Of a stretch of 64,000 bases of DNA, positions 8,902 to 18,580 are shown piece by piece; position 1 is the stretch's first letter; every line of letters starts with the position of its first letter. Below the pieces are notes generated by a model. It worked only from the letters and a program-made list of their open reading frames with translations, had not been told where the DNA came from and searched no databases. Both the position numbers and the translations under genes were made by a program. This stretch comes from a bacterium (lineage in GTDB: Bacteria; UBA8248), in assembly GCA_965200245.1 (NCBI GenBank), contig CBDATS010000004.1, positions 608,001 through 672,000 on the forward strand. The letters run 5' to 3'.

Positions 8902-9046
8902 CATGAGTCGGGCGCTTTTTTCCACGCCTCATCTCATGCATATGAGACGTGAACAGAGTGACGGCGCAGAAAACCGTCTCCCCAAGGCACGCATTGTTCC
9001 TCTCTCGCGCCGACCTACTTGCGGAAGAAATATCGATATTCGAACG

Positions 9047-9124
9047 TGGCGTCCCCAAGGGGATTCGAACCCCTGTTGCCGGCGTGAAAGGCCGGTGTCC
9101 TGGGCCAGGCTAGACGATGGGGAC
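9047..9124 (-). tRNA. tRNA-Glu (TTC)
   Basis: gtccccatcgtctag...ccggc-ctTTCac-gccgg...ggttcgaatcc...ggggacgCCA; cloverleaf with encoded CCA. Confidence 0.96.
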
Positions 9125-9221
9125 AAGCAATTATTCCCGATGGCCGGATCGGAAAATCCGAACCACCAAGGGGTCGATTTATACTGTTTTTCTCGCCGGA
9201 AGTCTATCCTGCCCGAGCATT

Positions 9222-10092
9222 TCAAATGCGCAGGACGACAAGAATCACTCCACTCACGGTAAGAGTCGCTCCGGCAGGCACACGCCATGTAATAAGTTCG
9301 GCTCTCCTGAGAAAGATTACGCTGAAAAGCACGGTGAAAAAAGGACTGATCTGCACAAGTGGTACCACCCTGAAAACCTGACTCGCCTGCAAGGCTGAGG
9401 TGAAGAGGAATATTCCCATTCCCGCCGCTAAACCACCTAGCAGATAGGGCCAAAAAGCTTGCTTCACGTCGCCTGCCTCATCTTCTCGCAATGCGTAACA
9501 GGTATAAGCCCCCACTACAACGAGAGCGGAGGCGGCGCCTACCATTGAGGCGGGCAGTGCGCTCGTGAAAGCAACCAGCCCTTTTTTCCAGGACATGGCC
9601 CCAAAAACCCGATATCATGGCCGCGATCAAGGGCCATCTAGCGTCCCAGCGGCTCCATCGTCCTCCAGTCTTCCCTGATACAAGCAACACGATACCGCAT
9701 ACCACGAACAAGACACCCATCATATGGTACCAGGCAGGGTCCTCTCCCAGAAAAATGAGCGCGAAAAGAGCCGCGAATATGGGAGACATCCCTTTTATGG
9801 GTGCCGCACGGGCAACGCCGATCCGGTGGATGCCGATCAGGAAAAAGATGAGAAAAGGGCCTGGGTTGCATAGACCGCCAATGATCACCCAAAGATAATG
9901 CGTACCCATTTCGGGGAACTGGGGAGCCAGGAGAAAGATTAATGGCAGAAAAAGAGCCACCTCGCCCACCAGCGTGATGGTGGCGCCCACGAAATGGTTA
10001 GCGTATTGCAGGCCTTTTCGAGCAAAAATATCAGCGCAGGTAAAAGACAACGCCGCAGCCAAAGAGAGAAAAATAAACGGTTCAATCAGCAA
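9222..10092 (-). pseudogene. EamA/DMT family transporter split by a frameshift near 9600
   Basis: Two hydrophobic ORF halves (9478-10092 and 9222-9596); junction at an A5/C4 homopolymer. Confidence 0.75.
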
Positions 10093-10158
10093 GGCGGGAT
10101 CCTCCGCGCGATGGGCGCCTGCTTCAAGAACATTCTCCGCCAGAGAAGCCGGGAAAAT

Positions 10159-11406
10159 CTAGGCGAGATATTTTTCCGGGTTCTCCAGGAACTCGACCAC
10201 CGCTTGCACAAAGACGCTCACACCAACCGGCAACGCATCCTCATCCAGATCGAAGAGATCCGAATGAAGACCGTGGACGATTCCCTTTTCGGGATTCGAT
10301 ATACCCACGCGGAACAAGGCACCGGGTCGTTTCTCCACCATGTAGGAGAAATCTTCGGCCCCCATCGAAAGCGGCATTTCCAACACGTTTTCTGTGCCGA
10401 GGACCTGCATGCCCGCGCATTCGACGAGAGCGGCGGCCGCCTCGTGGTTCACCAGAACAGGATATCCAGGTGTGATTTCGAGGTCGATCTCAACGTCGAA
10501 GGCTTCCGCCACCCCGCGTGCCACAGCACGCACGCGATCGGCCACCTTCGCTCGAACCTTCGGATCGTGCGTTCGTATAGTGCCTTTTATCCTCGCATCG
10601 CGAGGCACAATGTTGAAAGCGACGCCGGACTCGAACATAGTGATAGAGAGAACGACGGACTCGAAAGGATCAATATTTCTGCTCACGATGCTTTGAAGCG
10701 TAGTCACCAAATGGCAGGTGGCCAGCAGGGCGTCTTTGGATTTTTGAGGATACGCCGCGTGCGAACTTTTCCCTCTCACGTAAATCTGGAGTCTGTCCCC
10801 CGCTGCCAGCGAAGGTCCCGACCGTATGGCGACACGACCCGCAGGCATATCGGGCCACACGTGCGCGGCGATGAGAAGGTCGACCCGGGGTTCCTCCAAA
10901 ACGCCTTCATCCACCATCCTTTGCCCGCCGGCCTTACCTTCCTCTGCAGGCTGAAAGATGAATTTGACGTTGCCCCCCAAGCCATCGAGCAAGTTGTTGT
11001 TCTCGGAGAGTAAGCGCGCCGCGCCCAGCAGCATGCTTACGTGGGCATCATGGCCGCAGGCGTGCATCTTCCCCGGACGACGGCTCTTGTAGGACACGTC
11101 GTTGGACTCCTCGATGGAGAGCGCGTCCATGTCGGCGCGAATACCGATGGTGGGGCCCGGACGTCCCGTCTCGAGCAAGCCGACAACACCGGTCTCTGCA
11201 ATGCCTGTGTGCACTTCGAGTCCAAAACTCTCAAGGTTCTTCACGATGAGGTGAGATGTTTCAAACTCCTCGTAGCCGAGTTCGGGATTCATGTGAATGG
11301 TGCGTCTGGTTTCGGAAAGCCATGGCAGCAGAGCCCATGAAGCCTCCCGTATCGATTGCGAAGTATCAGCGGACTGCATGAATTCGATTTTCCTCACTCC
11401 GCCCAT
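10159..11406 (-). CDS. M20D amidohydrolase
   Basis: HMNPELGYEE, RADMDAL, MHACGHDAH, FQPAEEG, GAEDF motifs. Confidence 0.95.
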   Translation of the reverse strand: MGGVRKIEFMQSADTSQSIREASWALLPWLSETRRTIHMNPELGYEEFETSHLIVKNLESFGLEVHTGIAETGVVGLLETGRPGPTIGIRADMDALSIEESNDVSYKSRRPGKMHACGHDAHVSMLLGAARLLSENNNLLDGLGGNVKFIFQPAEEGKAGGQRMVDEGVLEEPRVDLLIAAHVWPDMPAGRVAIRSGPSLAAGDRLQIYVRGKSSHAAYPQKSKDALLATCHLVTTLQSIVSRNIDPFESVVLSITMFESGVAFNIVPRDARIKGTIRTHDPKVRAKVADRVRAVARGVAEAFDVEIDLEITPGYPVLVNHEAAAALVECAGMQVLGTENVLEMPLSMGAEDFSYMVEKRPGALFRVGISNPEKGIVHGLHSDLFDLDEDALPVGVSVFVQAVVEFLENPEKYLA

Positions 11407-11639
11407 GCCGCCTCAACAAATCATCTCCGCAAAGGCTTGGAAGGCGTTTAGAAGTCTACTCAATGAAGGTTAGATATCACAAACAAAGAAGTATATCACC
11501 AATCCGTCGCCCGATGCTGCGTTTACGGGCTTTAACGGTTGACTACATCCAGCGAGACTACTCCGTTCAGTTGTGGTTTTGCAAAAGAATTACATCACGT
11601 ATCAACAGGAGTTGAGCATCTTGAATTCACAAATGACAA

Positions 11640-13331
11640 TCAAAAATCATCCGCCGAGAATTCGGGATGTTCCCTCAGTATCGCCTTGATGTCCTCTCGC
11701 TTGTGCTTGCGTGTGGTGGTTCTGGGCAACTCCTCCTCGGGCCAGAGGAAAAATCCGGCCACTCTCTTGTAATCCGCCAAATGCACACTCAGGCGCTTGA
11801 GTTCGGAATCGGCCAAAGCGACGCGCTCCTCATCTTCTCCAGGCAAATCGGTTTCAGGGTCCAGCACCACGACGGCGAATACCTCCTCGCCGCCACGAGG
11901 CGTCTTCCTGCCGATGACGCACACGTCCTGGAACCACCCGCTCTCGAGAAGTTGCTCCTCCACCTCTTCGGGATAGATGTTTTTCCCTGCCTCGGAGATA
12001 ATGACGTTTTTCGAGCGGCCGCATATCGTGAGGTAGCCGTCTGCGTCCAGGCGGCCGATGTCTCCGGTATGAAACCACCCGTCTCGCAAGACCTCCGCCG
12101 TGAGTTCGGGGTTCTCGTAATAACCCTGCATCACATTCGGCCCGCGTATCAGGATTTCGCCCTCGTCCGCTCCCTCAACGGGTTCTATCCGCGCATCCAC
12201 CCCCGGGATCGGCGGGCCGACGGTTCCGATTTTGTTCGGTGTTCCTGGCGGATTCGCATGGGTGACCGGGGATGTTTCCGTCAATCCATATCCCTGGAGC
12301 ACCTCGATTCCAAGAATCAGCAAATCTCGAGCGATCTTCGGGTCGAGCGCTGCTCCTCCGCTCGCGAAATAACGCAGATTCGGGCCCAGGTTTTTCTTCA
12401 CCTGGGAAAACAGCAAACCTCCGACGCGAATCCCCATGGTGAGGCAAACCCGGGAAATCCCGAAAAACATTTTGAAGACGATTTGCTTCGCACCGCTCAG
12501 CGATTCCACGTTCGCCATGATTCGCTTGTGAATGAGCCGCGCCAATGCAGGCACCATCAGACAGATGGTGATGCCCTCATTTTGCATGGCCTCTACCAGG
12601 AGACGAGGATTCAGCGAAGAGAGATAGTGAATGCGAGCGCCGGCTGCCAGCGGAATCAAAAAGCCGCCCGTGCTCTCGAACATGTGGTGAAGAGGCAGAA
12701 TCGAGAGGAAAACATCATCTTCACCAGCAAAGAAAGGCTCGAGCACAGCGCTTACATTGGAAGTGATGTTCCCGTGAGAGAGCATCACTCCCTTGGGCGT
12801 TCCTGTCGTTCCAGATGAAAATGACACCAGAGCCAGATCCTCCGGGTTGCTCTGTGCACCCGGAAGGATGTCGAGCGAAGCGTCGAAGTCAGACTCTTTC
12901 ACTTCATCAATGCGCAATACCGGAGGAGACGATGTGAGATTGTCCGAGAGCGCCTTCGCACGCTTCACTTCTTGTGCGTCCGTCATCAGACATACAGGTT
13001 TGGCCTTATCGAGAATATTCGCCAATTCTCCTTCTTTGAGATTCACGTCCAGCGGCACGAGAACTCCACCGGCGAGCAGCACTGCAAAATATCCCACGCC
13101 CCACTCGGGTTGATTCGGGGCCAGAAGAGCGACGAAATCGCCCGGCTTCACACCCGCATTCAGCAACTCGTTCGCCAGGGTGACTGCTTTTCCGCACAAA
13201 CCCTTCCTCGTGAGCGCCACCCGCCCGCGACCTGTCACGTCGCCTTCGAGTGCGATCGAATCTGGAAATTTCGCAGTCGCTTCCTTGAGAAGGTCTATCA
13301 ATGTCTCCATGCGCTCTTCCTCCCACGTCAA
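11640..13331 (-). CDS. Long-chain fatty acyl-CoA synthetase (AMP-binding)
   Basis: FSSGTTGTPKGV, QGYGLTETSP, WFHTGDIG, GKNIYPEEVE. Confidence 0.93.
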   Translation of the reverse strand: MTWEEERMETLIDLLKEATAKFPDSIALEGDVTGRGRVALTRKGLCGKAVTLANELLNAGVKPGDFVALLAPNQPEWGVGYFAVLLAGGVLVPLDVNLKEGELANILDKAKPVCLMTDAQEVKRAKALSDNLTSSPPVLRIDEVKESDFDASLDILPGAQSNPEDLALVSFSSGTTGTPKGVMLSHGNITSNVSAVLEPFFAGEDDVFLSILPLHHMFESTGGFLIPLAAGARIHYLSSLNPRLLVEAMQNEGITICLMVPALARLIHKRIMANVESLSGAKQIVFKMFFGISRVCLTMGIRVGGLLFSQVKKNLGPNLRYFASGGAALDPKIARDLLILGIEVLQGYGLTETSPVTHANPPGTPNKIGTVGPPIPGVDARIEPVEGADEGEILIRGPNVMQGYYENPELTAEVLRDGWFHTGDIGRLDADGYLTICGRSKNVIISEAGKNIYPEEVEEQLLESGWFQDVCVIGRKTPRGGEEVFAVVVLDPETDLPGEDEERVALADSELKRLSVHLADYKRVAGFFLWPEEELPRTTTRKHKREDIKAILREHPEFSADDF

Positions 13332-13396
13332 CCCTGACGAAGACTTTCAGCGAGTCAGCGATGTTTGTCGCCAATCGTGTCCAATCGACGTCCTGA

Positions 13397-14188
13397 CTAG
13401 ATCAGCCGCTTCCTGACCTGCCATGCGGCGAACTCTCCCGAGAAAACCAAGGCGATAATGGCCAACACCAGCACACCTGATTTTTGCCACTGAAACTGCT
13501 TTACATACAAAAACACGTAAAATCCCAAGCCTCCCGCGCCGACGAGGCCCAGAATCGTGGAATCGCGTAGATTCATCTCAAAACGTATGGCCAGATGCGC
13601 GACCATCTGCGGCAATACCTGAGGAATCAGGCCGTGCTGTATAACCTGAATGGACGATGCGCCCGTGCCTTGCAATGCGAGCAATGGTTTCGGGTCGGTC
13701 GCTTCAATTTCCTCCGCTACAAAGCGTCCGAGCACTCCGATGGAGTGCACTGCCAGCGCCAGCACACCTGGGAAAGGCCCAAGTCCCACGGCGGAAACAA
13801 ACAGCAAGGCGAGGAGCAAAAGTGGGATGGAGCGGACAAACGCCATGAATGCCTTGATGGGCAGATGCACCCAAACCGGCGTCCAGTTCGACGCCGCAAG
13901 CACTCCCAGTGGATAGGCGAACAATGCGCCCAGAAAAGTACCAGCAACCGTGGTTTGCAGCGTTTCAATCGCCGAAGTCAGTAAAACGTCCCAAACCGAC
14001 CAGTCAGGCGGCGTCATCCGGCCAAAGAAGTGAAACAGTTGGGGAATCCCGCGCCAGAATTGCCCGGGCGAAAACTCAGAACCCTGAAAAGACCAAAATA
14101 AGAGTGAACTAACCGCTAGTAATAGGCTGATCCTGCCAACCATACGGCCAGGAGAAAGCGCTTCTGCTCGCTCTCGTTCCGTTCCCAT
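13397..14188 (-). CDS. phnE: Phosphonate/phosphite-type ABC permease
   Basis: PPDWS, AEEIEA...GAS, FEMNLRDSTILGLVGAGGLG. Confidence 0.88.
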   Translation of the reverse strand: MGTERERAEALSPGRMVGRISLLLAVSSLLFWSFQGSEFSPGQFWRGIPQLFHFFGRMTPPDWSVWDVLLTSAIETLQTTVAGTFLGALFAYPLGVLAASNWTPVWVHLPIKAFMAFVRSIPLLLLALLFVSAVGLGPFPGVLALAVHSIGVLGRFVAEEIEATDPKPLLALQGTGASSIQVIQHGLIPQVLPQMVAHLAIRFEMNLRDSTILGLVGAGGLGFYVFLYVKQFQWQKSGVLVLAIIALVFSGEFAAWQVRKRLI

Positions 14189-14954
14189 TCACGACTCCGT
14201 TTGTTCCCGTGAATTCGTAGATTTCACATATCCTATCATTGGAGAGGGAATCCGAAGAACCATCCCACATGATTTTTCCGTCTTTCATTGCGAGAATTCT
14301 ATCCGCATGCCTTCGTGCAAGTTCGGGGACGTGAAGGCTCATCATCAGAGTAAGGTCGTAGGCGTCACAAACCGACACGAGAAGGTCCATCGTGTCCTCG
14401 GCCAGCGCCGGATCCAGGCTCGATACAGGCTCATCGGCCAGCAAGATCGCAGGCTCCTGCGCCAACGCCCGGGCGATTGCCACGCGCTGTTGTTCCCCGC
14501 CCGAGAGCGTGCGAGCGAATCGGCGTTGCTTGTCCTGAAGATGCACCTCGTGAATGGCCTGCGCGCAGATTTGCAAATCGCGTTCCGAGCAGATACCGAA
14601 AACGCTTTTCATCAAGGACAGATATCCAAGCCTTCCATGATAGACGTTTTGCCAGACGGTTTCCCGTCCAATGAGGTCAAAATGCTGATGAATCATGCCG
14701 ATAAGACGATGATGGTTTTTTTTCCTTTGCGGATCCTTGATCGGGAAAACATCCCCCATCACGACTACTTTACCCTCCTTACAGGGTACATAGCCCTTTA
14801 GCATCCGCATCAGGGTTGTCTTGCCTGAGCCGCTGTTGCCGATAATAGCCACTCTTTCACCACGAAAGACCTCAAGGTGATCGATGGACAAAATCGTCCG
14901 TCCCTCTATCTCAACGAGCGCATCTTCGATTTGGATGACCGTTTCTTTCGTCAT
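14109..14954 (-). CDS. phnC: Phosphonate-type ABC ATP-binding protein
   Basis: GNSGSGKTT, LSGGEQQRVAIARALAQ, LADEPVSSLDP. Confidence 0.9.
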   Translation of the reverse strand: MTKETVIQIEDALVEIEGRTILSIDHLEVFRGERVAIIGNSGSGKTTLMRMLKGYVPCKEGKVVVMGDVFPIKDPQRKKNHHRLIGMIHQHFDLIGRETVWQNVYHGRLGYLSLMKSVFGICSERDLQICAQAIHEVHLQDKQRRFARTLSGGEQQRVAIARALAQEPAILLADEPVSSLDPALAEDTMDLLVSVCDAYDLTLMMSLHVPELARRHADRILAMKDGKIMWDGSSDSLSNDRICEIYEFTGTNGVVNGNGTRASRSAFSWPYGWQDQPITSG

Positions 14955-14957
14955 TTC

Positions 14958-15881
14958 CTATTCCCTCAGAAAACCATACTTCAGCGCCATATCGGCCACC
15001 TGTTGATACCGATTGTGGTCAACCCTGACGTAACCATCCGTCCCGTAAAGAGTACGCACCAACGCGCGATTCTCGGGCAGGTTCATCTTCAGCATCGCCG
15101 TGATGAACTTTTGCCTGATTCCAGTTTCCAGACCCTTACGCACCACTACGTTGTGGCTGGGAATTCTGGCTGATTCCGCGATGGCGACCACATTGTCCCG
15201 CTCCCCGGGGCGCAGAAGATTCAGGGCGTATTGGCTGACCCCGGCGGCGTCGACGAAGCCGCCAGCCATCGAGTTAATCGCCTGCTGATCCCCGCCTGCG
15301 AAATATACTCTCCGGAAAAACCTGCCCTCCGGTTTTTCCACGCCTCCTTTCGCCAAGCCTGCGCGAACGAAAATGTCGTGCGGGTACATGAACCCTGAAC
15401 TCGATATGGGATCGACGTAGGCGATGGTCTTGCCTTTCAAGTCCGAGATAGTCTTGATGCCGCTGTCCTTGCGAACGAAAATCCTTGAATAATAGAAGGG
15501 TTTCCCGTCGTATATCTCGCCGAGAACCGCCTCGACTCCCGAGTATTTGTTCGCCAAGACATAGGGCAGTGGAGACATGAAGCTCACGTCAGCCTTTTTC
15601 GAAATCATGGCTTCGACGGCGGCCGAGTAGTTCAAGGTAATGAAATAACGGACCTTGCGTCCCATTTCCCTTTCCAGGAAATTCATCGCCGGCTTCACGT
15701 TGCTGATGAGTTTCTCGGGATTCTCAAGGGGAATGAAAGCGATCCGAAGTTTCCTGTCGGCCGCGCGAACAGGAGTCGGAGCGAGACAAAAAACGCAAAA
15801 GGCGAGGAAAATAGCCGCCTGCAGAGCGATGCGCGGCGTTTTTGACGATGATTTTCGAATGAATCGCAAGTTGCTGTTCAT
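14958..15881 (-). CDS. phnD: Phosphate/phosphite/phosphonate ABC substrate-binding protein
   Basis: Signal peptide, NYSAAVEAM, DLKGKTIAYVDPISSSGF. Confidence 0.88.
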   Translation of the reverse strand: MNSNLRFIRKSSSKTPRIALQAAIFLAFCVFCLAPTPVRAADRKLRIAFIPLENPEKLISNVKPAMNFLEREMGRKVRYFITLNYSAAVEAMISKKADVSFMSPLPYVLANKYSGVEAVLGEIYDGKPFYYSRIFVRKDSGIKTISDLKGKTIAYVDPISSSGFMYPHDIFVRAGLAKGGVEKPEGRFFRRVYFAGGDQQAINSMAGGFVDAAGVSQYALNLLRPGERDNVVAIAESARIPSHNVVVRKGLETGIRQKFITAMLKMNLPENRALVRTLYGTDGYVRVDHNRYQQVADMALKYGFLRE

Positions 15882-17836
15882 TTTAGTTTATCCGCGTTTT
15901 TCCTGTAAAGAGCATGATAAACTGCTATTTTGTCGTCGGTCATCTTTACGTCGCCCGCGAGATGCGCGCTCAGGGCCTCGCTCAATTTGCTCTCCATTTC
16001 ATCGAGAATCGGCATATTCCCCTTTTCCTGAATATCCCATTTATGAGCCTGCACCTCGCGTACCACTGTTTTAAGCAAGACGGTGATCAACTCTTTTTTC
16101 TTCCTGCGCTTCAAACGCTCATAGGTAGACAGGAAGAACCTGAACTCCTCCAGTTCCGATTCGAGCGTGTGAATCGTATCCTCCATCCCTCGAACGCCAT
16201 CCCCCACGGCTTCAACGTAGGCCGTGAGGTCTTCAACTTCCCTGCTGTTCAATCCCAGCTTGAATTGCCTGTTGAACCACTCGTTCACCGCCCGCAGTTT
16301 AGGCAGACTGCCGTCGTGAAAATACGGGGCTGTGAATTTCGACGAAAGCAGCGTCGGCGTATCCAAACCGCCTACGTGAAAGAACCGGCTCGCTCCCGTT
16401 GAGCCGATGTCGTGTCGTTTATGATCCACGAAGTTTGCGTTTGGAATGTGACAACTCGCGCAACTCATGCCGCCCATCATCTGGGGAAATTTCCTGTAAA
16501 ATATCTTCTCGCCCCGCAATGCCATATTGGAAACTTTCTCGGGATTCAGCCTGCCGCTTTTTTTCAGCTTCGGGTTCGGCAAAAACTCGAACTCGTTCAT
16601 GTAGGCGATCATCCCGTCCAGAATCATCGGGTCAGGCTCGGGACCGTTGAATTCGTTCACGATGACGTTACGCACGAATTCCCTGAGTGAGGAGAAACGC
16701 CCGTTTCTGCCGTAGGGAGCCGTAAAGCGAATCCCTCTCAAGTCGGGCGTGTCGAGCGGGTCGTGGAGGCCGTTGTTGGCGTGCCCTGCAAAAAAGCTGT
16801 TTGACACGTCCATCCCGCCTTTCTTGCCGGAAAGACCAGGGATGAAAAACTTGGGATTCGTCACCCCTTTGTTGTGACAAGTGTTGCAACTCATCCCCAA
16901 ACTGCGTGCGGGTTCACCGAAAATCTCCGCGCTGTCGAAAACCATATCACCCAAGGCGATGAGAAAAGTTTCCGCCTCGCTCGCACCGCGTTCCGCCATT
17001 CCAAGAATCTGTCTGGGACGCGGGAGTTGTTTGTTGATGTTGGATCCGGGCGGCAGGGGCCACGGTACTTTCGCGGTTTCGATATATGTTTCGCTCCTCC
17101 TCGGACGGGGAAGAAGCCTGTGTTCTTTTTCGCTCTGGTAACCGGAGAAATTCGCAAGAAAATACCCGCGAACGTAAGAAACGTTCTCACGGATTTTCTC
17201 GATATCCATTGGCTTTGCACCTATACCCATCACGCCGGCGGCTCCGAGGTGGGAACTCGCCTCGAGCCAATGGATTTGCATTTTTTTCCAAGCCTCGGGG
17301 TCCAGATAGGGGAGAGCCTCTGCGAAAGACCGGGAGATTCTGCGTGCTTCGTCCAGATGGAATTTGACCTCGGCTCTTCCCGAACCCGCTTTGATCGCGT
17401 CCAGATGAAAGATCAATAGCGTAGCGACTCCACGCGTGGCCACGGAGAAAGCCAAACGACTCCCTTTTTTCCGCGCAGTGACCATATCCAGCTCTTTTCC
17501 GCCCCTCGCTACGGGTTGGGCAACACGTTTGGCAACTGCCAACTCCGCCGAAAATTTCGTCGCACCTGGAGAATTCACCTCTTTGAGCGCTTCTTCGATA
17601 CGTTCCAAATCAGACCAGACCTGTGGCCAGAGCACCGGGTTCAGATTCAGGACGAAACCGGCACGACGATAACTTTCCGCAACAGGGTGTAATTCCTCCG
17701 GAGGAACGACGTGCGCCGAAACGGGACCGAAACTGATTGCCACCAACCCGGCGGTCAGTAGCCAAGCCGGCATCGCCAGAAAATTTCCTGCTCGCAGAAC
17801 AAGCCTCTTCCCGAGTGTATGGAGGCCGTATTTCAT
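15878..17836 (-). CDS. Exported di-heme cytochrome c peroxidase / MauG-family protein with helical extensions
   Basis: Signal peptide, CNTCH and CASCH heme motifs, TPDLRGIRFTAPYGRNG, TPTL...TAPYFHDGS. Confidence 0.85.
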   Translation of the reverse strand: MKYGLHTLGKRLVLRAGNFLAMPAWLLTAGLVAISFGPVSAHVVPPEELHPVAESYRRAGFVLNLNPVLWPQVWSDLERIEEALKEVNSPGATKFSAELAVAKRVAQPVARGGKELDMVTARKKGSRLAFSVATRGVATLLIFHLDAIKAGSGRAEVKFHLDEARRISRSFAEALPYLDPEAWKKMQIHWLEASSHLGAAGVMGIGAKPMDIEKIRENVSYVRGYFLANFSGYQSEKEHRLLPRPRRSETYIETAKVPWPLPPGSNINKQLPRPRQILGMAERGASEAETFLIALGDMVFDSAEIFGEPARSLGMSCNTCHNKGVTNPKFFIPGLSGKKGGMDVSNSFFAGHANNGLHDPLDTPDLRGIRFTAPYGRNGRFSSLREFVRNVIVNEFNGPEPDPMILDGMIAYMNEFEFLPNPKLKKSGRLNPEKVSNMALRGEKIFYRKFPQMMGGMSCASCHIPNANFVDHKRHDIGSTGASRFFHVGGLDTPTLLSSKFTAPYFHDGSLPKLRAVNEWFNRQFKLGLNSREVEDLTAYVEAVGDGVRGMEDTIHTLESELEEFRFFLSTYERLKRRKKKELITVLLKTVVREVQAHKWDIQEKGNMPILDEMESKLSEALSAHLAGDVKMTDDKIAVYHALYRKNADKLK

Positions 17837-18035
17837 ATCTTCGATTCTCCGAAAAATCCATCAGCAAAGAAATTCTATCCCTATCTGAAAAATAAAGTCA
17901 ATCCCTGATAAATTTTATTTTAGGCATGCTTAAATTCGAGAATGGCCGTTTAATGCTCGCATAAACAAATGTTTGTTAGAGTGTTTGTTACAAGAATGCA
18001 TGAGAAAACTTGTACTGATGGAGAGATGCAAACGG

Positions 18036-18067
18036 AAAAGCCGGTCCTGCTTCAGGACCGGCTTTTT
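18036..18067 (-). terminator. Intrinsic terminator downstream of glnB, possibly bidirectional
   Basis: aaaagccggtcctg-ctt-caggaccggcttttt. Confidence 0.7.
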
Positions 18068-18184
18068 GAAAGACATTCGATTCCTTATATCTTCAACAAT
18101 CGAGTTGATGGAAGATTACGAACACTCTGCAATCTTTCACGCAGGATTCATCACCTAGAAACGATTCCCTTGCCGTGCAGATTC

Positions 18185-18526
<342 letters not shown>

Positions 18527-18580
18527 TCATTCCTCTCAAGGTGAATGGGGCACATCCAAATTAGACCCCTTACACTTCCA

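Noticed and set aside
8902-9124. tRNA-Glu as attB of an integrative island
   Set aside because: No duplicated tRNA 3' end and no integrase seen in the window; the IS ends explain the cargo boundaries.
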